Source: Candidatus Limnocylindrales bacterium
GTDB lineage: Bacteria > Moduliflexota > Moduliflexia > Moduliflexales > JAUQPW01
Length of the DNA stretch: 64,000 bases
Reading direction: 5' to 3'
NCBI GenBank assembly: GCA_035559535.1
Contig: DATMBG010000037.1
Span: 132,475-196,474 of the forward strand
Shown: positions 9,284 to 19,582 of the stretch, one piece after another
Layout: every line of letters begins with the position of its first letter
How positions within the stretch are numbered: the first letter of the stretch is position 1
Notes under the pieces: model-generated
Databases searched by the model: none
Told to the model about the DNA's origin: nothing
The model's input: only the letters and a program-made list of their open reading frames with translations
Made by a program: the position numbers and the translations under genes

Positions 9284-10639
9284 ATGAGAGTTGGCATTAT
9301 CGGAGGGGGTATTACCGGGTTGTTTATTGCTCATGCCCTTTCCCAAAATCACATTTCGGTTACTCTATTTGAGAAGTATGCCACTCTAGGGGGTCTCATA
9401 GGGGGTTTTAAACTGGGAAACGTCTATCTCGAGCGATATTACCACCATTTTTTCAAGAGTGATCTTCCCCTCCTCCGACTTCTCGAGCAATTGGGCCTCC
9501 AGGATAGACTATTTTGGCGGGAAGCAAAAATGGGATTTTACTATCGTGGCCCACAGGATCCGACAGGTCATCTCTATGGGTTTGGAACTCCTGTCGACCT
9601 CCTGAAATTTACTCCCTTAAGTCTGATAGATCGTTTGAGATTTGGATTTTCCATGGTCTATCTTCAACGAGTGAAAAAATGGGAAGGACTGGAAAATATT
9701 AAAGTTCAGGATTGGGCTATTCGCTACCAGGGTCGGCGAGTTTATGAGGTAATCTGGCAGCCTCTGTTAAAGGCCAAGTTTGGAGAAGATTATGAAAATA
9801 TCTCGGCTTCCTGGCTCTGGGGTCGGGTTCATGCCCGGGGAAATTCCCGAAGTAAAGGAGGTAGTAAAGAAGAACTGGGCTATATAAGGGGCGGGTTTCA
9901 GCAACTGGCTATGGCTCTTGAGATCAGTATTTTAAAAAATGGAGGCCAAATCTTTAAAAGTACCCCTGTGGATCATATAACCCGTAATGGCCGGGATCCT
10001 TTTACCTTGACAACCCGAAAGGGTTCTTTTGCCTTTGATAAAGTGGTATTTTGTGTTCCGATCCCGGACTTTTTGAAAACGCTGGGTCTGGATCATCCCT
10101 ATCCAGTGGAAAGGAAGAATCGGTCCCTGGAGTTGCCTGAGGAGTATATAAATCAATTGAAAAAAATCAAGTACCGTGCGGCCATTTGTCTGATTTTGAA
10201 ACTCAAACAACCGCTTAGCGATATTTATTGGCTTAATATCAGTGATTCAGAAGTTCCCTTTGGAGGAATCATTGAGCATACTAATTTTGTTCCCCCCTCT
10301 GAATATCAGGGATCCCATATCGTCTATATTTTTAATTACTTGAATCACCAGCATCCTTTCTTGAATATGTCTAAACTTCAACTTCTTCAAACTTACCTCC
10401 CGGCCCTTCAAAAAATCTTCCCGGACTTTAAAGAGTCCTGGATCGAGCAATCCTTTTTAACACGAGCAGATTACGCAACTCCGGTCTATACTTTTCAGTA
10501 TTCGCTGATAAGACCTCCCTTTGAGACGCCTATTAAAGATCTCTATCTGGCCAATACCAGCCAAATCTATCCTGAAGATCGAAATACAAGCAATGGAATC
10601 GCTATCGGGATGGAAGTGGTAAAGCGATTACTCTCTTGA
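9284..10639 (+). CDS. FAD/NAD(P)-binding oxidoreductase (amine oxidase / phytoene desaturase / protoporphyrinogen oxidase superfamily)
   Basis: N-terminal dinucleotide-binding fold MRVGIIGGGITGLFIAHAL..VTLFEKYATLGG. The length (451 aa) is consistent with the CrtI/HemY/HpnE-like family. Confidence 0.65.
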   Translation: MRVGIIGGGITGLFIAHALSQNHISVTLFEKYATLGGLIGGFKLGNVYLERYYHHFFKSDLPLLRLLEQLGLQDRLFWREAKMGFYYRGPQDPTGHLYGFGTPVDLLKFTPLSLIDRLRFGFSMVYLQRVKKWEGLENIKVQDWAIRYQGRRVYEVIWQPLLKAKFGEDYENISASWLWGRVHARGNSRSKGGSKEELGYIRGGFQQLAMALEISILKNGGQIFKSTPVDHITRNGRDPFTLTTRKGSFAFDKVVFCVPIPDFLKTLGLDHPYPVERKNRSLELPEEYINQLKKIKYRAAICLILKLKQPLSDIYWLNISDSEVPFGGIIEHTNFVPPSEYQGSHIVYIFNYLNHQHPFLNMSKLQLLQTYLPALQKIFPDFKESWIEQSFLTRADYATPVYTFQYSLIRPPFETPIKDLYLANTSQIYPEDRNTSNGIAIGMEVVKRLLS

Positions 10640-10657
10640 GTAAAAGAGTTAACCCTT

Positions 10658-12385
10658 ATGAACTCAAATACTTACCAGAAAGCAAAACCTATCCTTTGTA
10701 GGATTATTGATTCGGTAATTATCTTTTACTTTCTTCTTTTATGGGTATTTTATTATACCGGTGGCTTCGTCTATGAATTTTTCGGTATTACCCTTAAGCT
10801 CACCCATATCAAAAACCCTTTGATTATTATAACAACTTTATGGTTGATCAAGCACCTTCTGCTTTTTGATTCCTTGAGATCTGTCCTGCGCTTTTTTCAT
10901 AAGGCCTTTCTTTTTGCAACTTTCCTTCTTTCCCTTCACTTAGCGAATTATATAGGGTATGGGTATTATCTCAATGCAACCTTAGCCAGGTTCGATGCCT
11001 ATAAAAAATTTGCCGATACTCCCTCTGAGGGAATAAAATCCGATAAAGGCTGGAATGTGATTCTGATCAGTATCGATACCCTTCGGGCAGACCACCTTCA
11101 TAGCTATGGATATGAAAGGAATACCTCTCCTCATATCGATAAACTGGCTTCTGAAGGGGTTTTGTTCACAAACCACATTGCCGCCGCCCCGGCTACTCTC
11201 ATCTCCCATGCTTCGATGTTTACTTCCTTAAATCCTTCTGTTCATAAAGCCGAAGCACGAACCCGGACTGTTTTAGATGGTAGATTTATTACTCTGGCTG
11301 AGTTCTTAAAAAAAGAAGGATTTATAACAACTGCCTTTACCGGGGGTGGACAGATGAATAAGGCGTTTAGACTGGATCAGGGTTTTGACAGGTATGATGA
11401 TGAGAACGATGGAAACGGACTTCCCGATGCAATAGATAAGGTACTCAACTGGCTAAAGCGACATAAAAACCAGCGTTTTTTTCTGTTCTTCCATACCTAT
11501 CAGGTCCATGCTCCTTATAGTCCTCCTCCACCCTATGATGAACTTTTCTACCCTGAATATAGAGGAAGTTTAGGAAAAAAAATAGAAGGTGAGATCCTGA
11601 CTCAAATTAATGAAAAAGTCTTACCCATCGAGCAGGAGGATCTAAGACATATTATAGCCCTTTATGACGGTGAAATTGCGTTTACAGACGCCCAATTAGG
11701 GCGCTTATTTGACGAGCTTAAAGCCCTGGGTCTCTGGGAAAAGACCCTCATGGTTCTTACTTCTGACCATGGAGAAGAATTTAACGAGCATGGCATTGTA
11801 GGACACCACGGTCATACTCTGTATGAGGAACTCTTAAAAATTCCGCTTATTATTAAATTTCCAGATTCATCTTTTCGGGGAGTTATTGTTCACCAACAAT
11901 CCAGGGGAATTGATATTTTTCCTACTATTGTTGATATACTGGGATTTCGAAAACCCGAACCGATCCAGGGTATCTCTTTACTTCCTCTGATAAAAAATCC
12001 TCAGATGAAACTGGCTCTTCCCGCTCTAAGTGAGAAGGAAGGCCATGAATTAAAATCCCTCCGAATAAACGGCTACAAACTCCATGTAGGCTCTAGAAAA
12101 AGCAAATCGGTAACCTTTGAAACCCCCTGGACAAAAATGTTCTTTTATCGAATCCCTGAATATCATTCAAGATTAAAAGAACAGGCCTTCTATGATTTAA
12201 AAACAGATCCAGGAGAAACCCGGAATCTTCATAAATCCCAGGTCCGGTTGGTCAGGGTTTTTGAGAGAAAAATAAAACAGCTAGAAGAAGAAAACTCTCT
12301 TTTGGCCGGTTCCTTTAAACCCGGTAAAGCCCAGGAAGATCAGGAGCTTGTTAAACAACTTAAAGGATTAGGCTATCTTCAATAG
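10658..12385 (+). CDS. Membrane-anchored sulfatase-like (alkaline phosphatase superfamily) hydrolase/transferase
   Basis: About 110 N-terminal residues with several hydrophobic helices, followed by a sulfatase-fold domain (ILISIDTLRADHL, SDHGEEFNEHGIVGHHG). The canonical C/S-x-P-x-R formylglycine motif is not obvious, so this is more likely a transferase-like member. Confidence 0.6.
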   Translation: MNSNTYQKAKPILCRIIDSVIIFYFLLLWVFYYTGGFVYEFFGITLKLTHIKNPLIIITTLWLIKHLLLFDSLRSVLRFFHKAFLFATFLLSLHLANYIGYGYYLNATLARFDAYKKFADTPSEGIKSDKGWNVILISIDTLRADHLHSYGYERNTSPHIDKLASEGVLFTNHIAAAPATLISHASMFTSLNPSVHKAEARTRTVLDGRFITLAEFLKKEGFITTAFTGGGQMNKAFRLDQGFDRYDDENDGNGLPDAIDKVLNWLKRHKNQRFFLFFHTYQVHAPYSPPPPYDELFYPEYRGSLGKKIEGEILTQINEKVLPIEQEDLRHIIALYDGEIAFTDAQLGRLFDELKALGLWEKTLMVLTSDHGEEFNEHGIVGHHGHTLYEELLKIPLIIKFPDSSFRGVIVHQQSRGIDIFPTIVDILGFRKPEPIQGISLLPLIKNPQMKLALPALSEKEGHELKSLRINGYKLHVGSRKSKSVTFETPWTKMFFYRIPEYHSRLKEQAFYDLKTDPGETRNLHKSQVRLVRVFERKIKQLEEENSLLAGSFKPGKAQEDQELVKQLKGLGYLQ

Positions 12386-12386
12386 G

Positions 12387-13496
12387 TTAACCTCGTTTAT
12401 AGAAAATTCGGTAAATGACCCCTCCCTTATCATCTGAAACATAGAGGGCCCCGTCTTTTCCAACCACCACATCCACAGGGCGTCCCCAGGCACTGCTTCC
12501 CTGCAGCCAGCCGGTAGCAAAATCCTCAATCTTTTCAGGTTGACCATCTTTGAACTTAATTCTAATCACTTTGTACCCGGTGGGAACGGTACGATTCCAG
12601 GAACCATGGAAGGCAACAAAAAGATTACCCTGATATTCCTCGGGAAATTGGTTTCCGGTATAGAAGGTAAGTCCCAAAGGGGCAGAATGGGCTTGCAAGG
12701 AAATCACCGGGGGAATGGTTTTTTTACAAAAATCAATTCGATCTTTAAATTCTGGATTGGGCTTTTGATCTCCATAACAATAGGGCCAACCGTAATGGCC
12801 TCCTTCTTTAAGAATATTAATTTCTTCAGGCGGAAGATCATCTCCCAGCATATCCCTTCCATTGTCGGCTGCCCATAATTCTTGAGTTTGGGGGTGCCAG
12901 GTCAGGCCGACCGAGTTTCGAAGTCCCTTTGCAAAAATCTTTTCTCCAGTACCATCGGCATTGTATTGGAGAATAGCTGCGCGTCTCGGATCTCTTTCCT
13001 CACAAACATTGCACGAAGAACCTATCGAAACATACATTTTCCCATCGGGTCCAAAACTAATCGTTTTGGTTGAGTGTCCTCCCATCGGGAGTCCTGAAAC
13101 CAGAACCTTTTTATCTTCACCTTTGAGGTCTCCATCTTTATCTGTAAATCGAACCACCCCATCCAGAACCGAGATATAAATCCCATCTTCAAAAAAGGCA
13201 ATACTATGGGGGCCTTTCAAACCTTCGGCAAATAGGATCTTTTGATCTGCTTTTCCATCTCCATCTTTGTCCGGGAGAACGAAAACTTTTCCACCGCTCA
13301 TATCTGCTACAAATAGATCTCCTGCTGGACTTACGGCCATGTGTCGGGGAGTACCCAGATCGGAGGCAAAAATTTGAATTTCGAAACCGGCCGGAAGATC
13401 AATTTTCTGAGCGGCAAGACATCCTTGGGAGGTGAGGAGAAACAGTAAAAGATAAAAAGCAAAAAAAGGAAATTTATCAGCTAATTTCATTTTCAT
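12387..13496 (-). CDS. Soluble quinoprotein glucose/sorbosone dehydrogenase family protein (beta-propeller)
   Basis: Signal peptide, then GSDH-family motifs (PRHMAVSPAGDLFVAD, GGHYGWPYCYG). Converges with the sulfatase-like gene with a 1-bp gap. Confidence 0.75.
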   Translation of the reverse strand: MKMKLADKFPFFAFYLLLFLLTSQGCLAAQKIDLPAGFEIQIFASDLGTPRHMAVSPAGDLFVADMSGGKVFVLPDKDGDGKADQKILFAEGLKGPHSIAFFEDGIYISVLDGVVRFTDKDGDLKGEDKKVLVSGLPMGGHSTKTISFGPDGKMYVSIGSSCNVCEERDPRRAAILQYNADGTGEKIFAKGLRNSVGLTWHPQTQELWAADNGRDMLGDDLPPEEINILKEGGHYGWPYCYGDQKPNPEFKDRIDFCKKTIPPVISLQAHSAPLGLTFYTGNQFPEEYQGNLFVAFHGSWNRTVPTGYKVIRIKFKDGQPEKIEDFATGWLQGSSAWGRPVDVVVGKDGALYVSDDKGGVIYRIFYKRG

Positions 13497-13581
13497 CCAG
13501 AAAGAAGATTATACTTATCAAGGCCTTAAATTCTAAATTTGATAAGCATAAACGACTTAAAGCACTAGAGTTATAAATCGA

Positions 13582-13612
13582 GAAGCCCGTTTTCTTAGGG
13601 AAAACGGGCTTC
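13582..13612 (-). terminator. Intrinsic terminator-like hairpin downstream of the RND pump gene
   Basis: A perfect 12-bp stem GAAGCCCGTTTT/AAAACGGGCTTC with a 7-nt loop, followed on the minus-strand transcript by a T-rich tract (TCGATTTATAAC). Confidence 0.5.
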
Positions 13613-13647
13613 AAAGGTACTTCTACAAAAACACCGAGCCTACAGAA

Positions 13648-16600
13648 TCAGTGTTTTTTGTCCGGTTGGGTCAGATCCAGAACTGCCGGGGGGTTATTCC
13701 CGTCAGAACCGTTACTTCCGGTTGTAGCGTCCCTATCTCCATCCCCCGAAACCGGTATAAGCTCCATATCCAGGAGGGGGGCTTCATGGATAGATTCCAT
13801 CCCAGAGGAAGTAGCCGGTTCCATTTCCTTTCTTCTTCTGATTCCGGCTCGCAGTTGTGATATCCATTTAGGAACTTTCGTCTGGATATCATCAAAGACG
13901 GTATAAGTAACCGGGGTAATAAGGAGGGTCATAAGTAAACTGAGGGCCTGGCCCCAGATAATAACATTGGCCATCGAAGCCCGCGATGCAGATCCGGCTC
14001 CTTTACCGAACACCAGGGGAAGCATTCCGGCAATGAGGGTTAAAGTGGTCATGAGGATTGGACGCAGTCGTGCATGGTTTGCCTCGAGGATGGCTTTATC
14101 CCGCTCCATCCCTTCCGCCCTTAACGTATTGGTATAGTCCACCTGAAGGATACCGTTTTTCTTTACAACTCCCAATAACATGAAAAGTCCCAGGTCGCTG
14201 AAAATATTGAGGGTAGGATCCCGGGTAAGGTTAAAATCCCTCATAAGAATCAGCGAAACCATGGCAGCGCTCCAGGTCAAGGGAAGAGCCATCATAATAC
14301 TGATGGGAAGGGTAAAGCTCTCAAACTGAGCAGCCAGAATCATATACATAAAAACCAGACTGGTCTGAATGGCCATGATAAACCCCCAGTTGGCATCCAC
14401 TAAGGTTTTAGCCCAACCCGAAAAATCCGTTTGATAGGTGATGGGTAAATTCAATTCCTTAGTAGCCCGGGTGAGGTGCTGGATAGCTTCGCTAAGGGAC
14501 AACACCGGGGTTACGTTGGCCAGGATGGTAATTTGTCGTTGGCGATTCTGACGATCGATCTGGGCGGGTCCTCTGGCTTCGGTCAGGGTAGCTACGTTGG
14601 CTAACTTAACCAGTCCTACCTTCTTCGAGGGGATCGTAAGTTGATAAATTACTTCTGGGTTGTTACGAAATTCTTCCTGAGCCCGAATCCAGACGTCATA
14701 TTGATCTGCTCCTTCTTTGAATTTGGATACCGGTTCTCCTTGCACAAAGGTTCTCAAGCTGGAGGTAATGTCTTCAACCGTAACACCCAGATCGGAAGCT
14801 TTCTCCCGGTTGATATTAACCCTCAACTCGGGTTGTCGGAGGGAGAGCGTCGTATCGAGATCGACAAATCCGGGGATATCCCGTACCTTAGCAATAATTT
14901 GCTCGGCATATTTCTGCAATTGCTCCAGATCCGGACCTCGGATGTTATAGGCTATCATTTGAGGTCGGTTACCGCTTCCACTCACCAGGCTAACCGGTTG
15001 AACACTGGTTCTGAGATCCGGGAACTTCCGAAGCATTTTTCTTGCATCCAGCATGACATCATCTTGGGAGAAATTGGGTTTCTCAGGTACATTTAGTTTT
15101 AAAAGATCGTTAAGGACAAAATATGCGATGGTTTCGAACGGATTATGGGATCGCTCCCTGACAGGAATCAAACCTACGTAAATATTTCCTGCAGTGACTT
15201 TAGTTCCGTCTACATCTCCGATAGAGGTTAACACATGGGTCACACCTCGCAGCTTGACCACTTCTTGCTCGATTTTGCGGAAGTATTCATCGGTTTTCTC
15301 CAGGGTACTTCCTTCGGGAACCTCTACAGAAATCTCAAATTGATCTTGATCATCGCGGGGAATGAGGCTTTGACCGATCTGCCTCAATAAAGGTCCAGGA
15401 GTACCCAGGATTGCATAGTAGAAAAGGTCGTAACATAGAAAGGCGGAGATCAATAAGATGACCCATCTATGACGGAGAGACCAGGCCAGAATCCATCCAT
15501 AGGATCGGTCGATAAGGGAGTAAAACCGGGATTCCTTGGCACTTTTCCCGGAATGTTTGAGTTTCAAGAACCGGGAACAAAGCATTGGTGTCAATGTAAA
15601 GGCAACCAGGAGGGAAATCATAATGGAGAAAGCGACGGTCAATCCGAAGCTCGCGAAAAACTTACCAACTCGGGTTTGCATAAAAGACAAGGGGATGAAA
15701 ATGATAACCAGGGAGAGGGTGGTGGCCATAACGGCCAGGGATATTTCTCGAGTCCCTGTGGAAGCTGCAATTCTGGGAGCCAGCTTTTTTTCTTCCATAT
15801 GTCGGAAGATATTTTCCAGAACTACGATGGCGTCATCAATAACAATTCCAATAGCCAGAATTAACCCCAGCATCGTGATATAATTCAGCGTATATCCGAA
15901 CAGGTACATCAAGGTAAAAGTAGAAATAATAGAGGTTGGGATGGCCAGGGACGCGATTAAGGTACTTCGAATATCCCACATAAAGATAAGAACGGCTAAA
16001 CTGGCCAATATAACTCCGAGTTTTAGATCGAATTCGACCTCTTCCAGGGAGTTAAGGACAAAGGTAGACTGATCCCGAATCAATTGAATCTGAATATCTG
16101 GGGGGAGAATACGTTTGATCTTTTCCAGACGCGCTTTGATTCTATTAACAACCTCAACGGTGTTGGTACCCGACTGCTTCTGGACAATGAGTTGAACCGC
16201 GTTATTTCCATCCAGTCGCGAAAGGGTTCTCGGTTCTTCAATCCCGTCTTCCACATACCCGACATCTTTAATTCGGATCGGCGTGTTGTTAAAGTTGGCC
16301 AGAATGAGATTATTGAAATCCTCAACCCGATAGAATCGCCCCATGGTCCTTAACATGAGCTCTTGCTGCCCTTGCTCAACCCGTCCGGCCGGTAATTCTA
16401 TATTTTGAGCTGCTAACGCGGTCTTAACCTGACTGATGGAGATGTTGTAGGCACTGAGTTTATCTGGATTGAGCCAGACATTGATAGCACGTTTTCGGCC
16501 TCCGATGATATCAACAGAGCCGATCCCATCCAAAGTTTCTATATCTTCTTTGATCATTTTCTGGGCAATCTCCGTTACTTCCTTAAGATCCCTCTTTCCG

Positions 16601-17031
16601 GAGACCACGATACTGATAACCGGCACCGCATCCACATCAAACTTACTTACAACGGGTGGGTCTGTTCCTTCAGGTAATTTAGACAAGACGGTACTGATTT
16701 TATCTCGAATATCCTGGGCTGCTTCTGCAGCTTTTCTGTGCAGTTGAAAGACAACGGTTATTCTCGAAACCCCCTCTATAGAGGAGGACCGTAACTCGTC
16801 AATTCCATTAACGGTATTGATAACCTCTTCCAGGGGTTTGGTGACCTCTGTTTCAATTTCTTCCGGACTGGCTCCTTTAAGGGTTGTTGTAACCGTTACA
16901 ACCGGAAGATCCACATTGGGAAGAAAATCTACCCCAAGCTTCTGATATGAATACCACCCTAAAACAACCAGGGCTAGAATAAGCATCGTGGCAAAAACAG
17001 GTCGTTTAATACAAATATCGGCAAGAGACAT
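13648..17031 (-). CDS. RND family efflux transporter (AcrB/HAE1-like), 1127 aa with a low-complexity C-terminal tail
   Basis: Typical AcrB architecture: 12 TM segments and two large periplasmic loops (ADICIKRPVFATMLILALVVLG at the N-terminus). No membrane fusion protein or outer membrane factor gene is adjacent. The last ~100 residues are Ser/Gly/Asp-rich. Confidence 0.85.
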   Translation of the reverse strand: MSLADICIKRPVFATMLILALVVLGWYSYQKLGVDFLPNVDLPVVTVTTTLKGASPEEIETEVTKPLEEVINTVNGIDELRSSSIEGVSRITVVFQLHRKAAEAAQDIRDKISTVLSKLPEGTDPPVVSKFDVDAVPVISIVVSGKRDLKEVTEIAQKMIKEDIETLDGIGSVDIIGGRKRAINVWLNPDKLSAYNISISQVKTALAAQNIELPAGRVEQGQQELMLRTMGRFYRVEDFNNLILANFNNTPIRIKDVGYVEDGIEEPRTLSRLDGNNAVQLIVQKQSGTNTVEVVNRIKARLEKIKRILPPDIQIQLIRDQSTFVLNSLEEVEFDLKLGVILASLAVLIFMWDIRSTLIASLAIPTSIISTFTLMYLFGYTLNYITMLGLILAIGIVIDDAIVVLENIFRHMEEKKLAPRIAASTGTREISLAVMATTLSLVIIFIPLSFMQTRVGKFFASFGLTVAFSIMISLLVAFTLTPMLCSRFLKLKHSGKSAKESRFYSLIDRSYGWILAWSLRHRWVILLISAFLCYDLFYYAILGTPGPLLRQIGQSLIPRDDQDQFEISVEVPEGSTLEKTDEYFRKIEQEVVKLRGVTHVLTSIGDVDGTKVTAGNIYVGLIPVRERSHNPFETIAYFVLNDLLKLNVPEKPNFSQDDVMLDARKMLRKFPDLRTSVQPVSLVSGSGNRPQMIAYNIRGPDLEQLQKYAEQIIAKVRDIPGFVDLDTTLSLRQPELRVNINREKASDLGVTVEDITSSLRTFVQGEPVSKFKEGADQYDVWIRAQEEFRNNPEVIYQLTIPSKKVGLVKLANVATLTEARGPAQIDRQNRQRQITILANVTPVLSLSEAIQHLTRATKELNLPITYQTDFSGWAKTLVDANWGFIMAIQTSLVFMYMILAAQFESFTLPISIMMALPLTWSAAMVSLILMRDFNLTRDPTLNIFSDLGLFMLLGVVKKNGILQVDYTNTLRAEGMERDKAILEANHARLRPILMTTLTLIAGMLPLVFGKGAGSASRASMANVIIWGQALSLLMTLLITPVTYTVFDDIQTKVPKWISQLRAGIRRRKEMEPATSSGMESIHEAPLLDMELIPVSGDGDRDATTGSNGSDGNNPPAVLDLTQPDKKH

Positions 17032-17300
17032 ACTCTTATAACAGGGAATAAGGGGTTAGGGTTGGGAGCGGAGAGGGCTCCGGCTCTGTGATCCTAAATT
17101 CTAATTCCCAGTCCTTATTTTATCTTGCAAGACCTTTATCCCAGTCATTAGACTATGAAGAGAGCTTCGGAAAGAGAAATGATGATTCAATATAAAAATC
17201 ACCATTCAAACTTAATACAACGGAGTAAAATTCTTGTCAAGAATATTTATAAATTTTCAGATTTCTCCCGTAGAAGACCATTTCAAGTTAATTAATTTTT

Positions 17301-18551
17301 CTAAATAACTGGTCCCTGTTTATTATTGGATTGAGCCTGCTGCAGGAACTGTATGAGCAACTTACTTACCTCCTCCGGCTTCTCTTGCTGCACCCAGTGC
17401 CCAGCTCCTTCCACCAGGTGAACCCCCAGCATTTGCCTGCAGGCACTCTCCTTCATTTTCTCTAGATGGCCGGGTCTCTGATAGACCCCCCAGTCACTGG
17501 CCCCTGCAATGAAACTTGCGGGTACCTCAATGGCTCGACCGGAGAATATCTCGAGCTCGGCTGCGTACTTGGGGTCCGTTAGGCAACGATACCACTGCAG
17601 ACCCCCCTGGAACCCAGTCCTGGCGAACTCTGAGCTATACACCCGCAACTCTTCTTCGGTCAGCCATTTGCAGGCTGCGATCTCAGAGTCAGATGGCATC
17701 TCCGGGGCTACGGTCTCTGCCATTCCCTTGTCCAGATCCATGATATAGTAAGGGGGGAGTTTAGCCAGCTCGGTCGCTGTCCAGGATTTGAGCGGGAAAG
17801 GTTTATTTTGCTTCCAGTCCGCACTCTTGACGTGGTAGTAGGCCCGAAGGAAGTTATGAACCCCCTGGGGGCAGTGAAGCATGTTATCGTTGGCCTCACG
17901 GGTAGAGTAGTACCATTGATAATGCTTGCGCGGTCGGGGTAGCGCTGCCAGTTCTTCGTGGATGTCAGGACCGGATGAGACATTGCTTTGTGGGGACTCG
18001 TTAGCCGTGTTGAAGGGTAGCAATGGTGGACCTGCAAAGGGCGCACTCATCAGCACCACAGAACGAAACACGTCCGGCCGTATCAAGGCACACCAGGCCG
18101 CGACAGGGGAGCCAAAATCGTGCCCTACGACGGCTGCCACCGAGCGGTAACCAAGCGCGAAGACGAGCCCCAAAGTGTCCCTGACCAGATTGAGAAAACG
18201 GAAAGAACCGACATCGCCGTCATAATTGCCATCCCAACCTGTAGTGGGTCCATAGCCTCGTTGATCAGGAGCGACTACGTGGAACCCGGCCTGAGCGAGC
18301 GGCAGCATCACCTTTCTCCAGCTGTAGGCAAGCTCTGGGAAGCCATGGAGAAGTAAGACACAGGGATGATCTTTGACCTCGAAGCCGGCTTCCAGCAGGT
18401 GCATAGTGAGACCATTGATGTCGTTCACGAAGCGGGAGCGTATTCCGGCGGGAAGGGTGGTCTCGCCATAAGCCACATCCTTGTTCTTCCTCTCGGTTGA
18501 TTCTTCAACATCGTTCATCGTTCGACCCTGAATAGTTAAATGCATAAGCAT
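17301..18551 (-). CDS. Alpha/beta hydrolase, epoxide hydrolase-like
   Basis: Core motifs VLLLHGFPELAYSWRKV, the nucleophile elbow GHDFGS and a C-terminal EGAGHWVQQEKPEEV. The true start may be at the internal MNDVEEST. Confidence 0.7.
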   Translation of the reverse strand: MLMHLTIQGRTMNDVEESTERKNKDVAYGETTLPAGIRSRFVNDINGLTMHLLEAGFEVKDHPCVLLLHGFPELAYSWRKVMLPLAQAGFHVVAPDQRGYGPTTGWDGNYDGDVGSFRFLNLVRDTLGLVFALGYRSVAAVVGHDFGSPVAAWCALIRPDVFRSVVLMSAPFAGPPLLPFNTANESPQSNVSSGPDIHEELAALPRPRKHYQWYYSTREANDNMLHCPQGVHNFLRAYYHVKSADWKQNKPFPLKSWTATELAKLPPYYIMDLDKGMAETVAPEMPSDSEIAACKWLTEEELRVYSSEFARTGFQGGLQWYRCLTDPKYAAELEIFSGRAIEVPASFIAGASDWGVYQRPGHLEKMKESACRQMLGVHLVEGAGHWVQQEKPEEVSKLLIQFLQQAQSNNKQGPVI

Positions 18552-18688
18552 TTGTTGCCATCATGGCATGGGCAAGGACGGTGAAGACTCCTTGCATGCG
18601 TAAACGGCGTGTGAGAACTCTGCTCTCAGATAAGATAATAAGATTATCTAGGGTTTTATGTAGGGCTTCTCCTCTGTTAAGTGCCACT

Positions 18689-19054
18689 CTAGTCTCGTTT
18701 GTGTCTTCCAAGGTGCTCTGATGCTTTCTGAATGGTGTAGCTATTTTCTTTGATTTTTATCGAAGATAGGTCTCCAGCCAGTTTGTTGGTGTGGATAAAC
18801 AGGAAGAATAGTTTACAAAGCCTTCCCGCATAGGTAAGCTTTGAAGGGTTCCTTTCTTTGCCCTTTGATATCCCTGCTGCCAGATACTCTAACCCATCGA
18901 AGATTGTGCTCCGCATACTGCGGATACAGGTTTTATCATCCAGCTTACCGGGCTCAATGGCAATTAAGTGCTGGTAGTTCATACGTATGAAGGTAATCCG
19001 CAGGTTGCTGGATGTCAAGAACGGAGCAGGAATTGCGGGTTGGGAGGTATCCAA
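18689..19054 (-). pseudogene. Short ORF(s) of unknown origin inside a 1-kb gene-poor gap; possible remnant of a degraded gene
   Basis: Only 60-120-codon ORFs in two frames (18505-18711 and 18689-19054), with no recognisable domain and no RBS. Confidence 0.2.
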
Positions 19055-19265
19055 AAAATTGTGTAAACTAAACCCGAAATCAACTATTATAATTTATTTA
19101 AGGTTATTGTCTGAAAAGAACCGATAAAAATTCATCTTTACCCTATCATGATTTTATCCAAAGAATGGTGGAGGAAATCTCTGAGAAGTCTTCACAGGGA
19201 AAGAAATCTGCTTTGAGCTATTTAGAGATAAACGTATCCGTATCCATTTAGTAGGTGGAAAAAGA

Positions 19266-19349
19266 AACACTCCCTGGCCCCCCTCCAGGGGGGACTGATG
19301 TAGGGTTGCTGCCGCTGAAGTCCCCCCTGGAGGGGGGCCAGGGAGTGTT
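19266..19349. repeat. 31-bp perfect inverted repeat (GC-rich) forming a long hairpin with a 22-nt loop
   Basis: AACACTCCCTGGCCCCCCTCCAGGGGGGACT at 19266-19296 and its exact reverse complement at 19319-19349. Confidence 0.85.
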
Positions 19350-19582
19350 CAGATAGAAAAAGTAACACCTGCTAGATGGTTACAGTTACGAGATAAACTT
19401 TTTTTCTTGACCCTTTTTCCTTAATCTGTTAAACTTTTACAAAAATCTGTTCAATTTAAATTAAATAGGTTTATGGAACATTTAGATGCTATATTTAATA
19501 GAAGGTATATGTTACCTGTTTATATCAGGATAATTTTCCTGATAACTCCAGTTTGCTACCCTCAAAGAGTGGGAGGAAAGGT

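Noticed and set aside
10658-12385. Calling the sulfatase-family protein an arylsulfatase
   Set aside because: The C/S-x-P-x-R formylglycine motif is not evident (the sequence reads AAAPATLISHASMF). The safer call is a sulfatase-fold hydrolase/transferase.
12540-13179. Plus-strand ORFs overlapping the GSDH gene
   Set aside because: Antisense to a well-supported beta-propeller dehydrogenase gene, with no independent support.
13651-16747. Multiple 60-150-aa ORFs on the plus strand inside the RND gene (for example 14641-15096 and 15536-15883)
   Set aside because: They are antisense to a strongly supported 1127-aa RND transporter, have no RBS or domain signatures, and are typical GC-skew artefacts.
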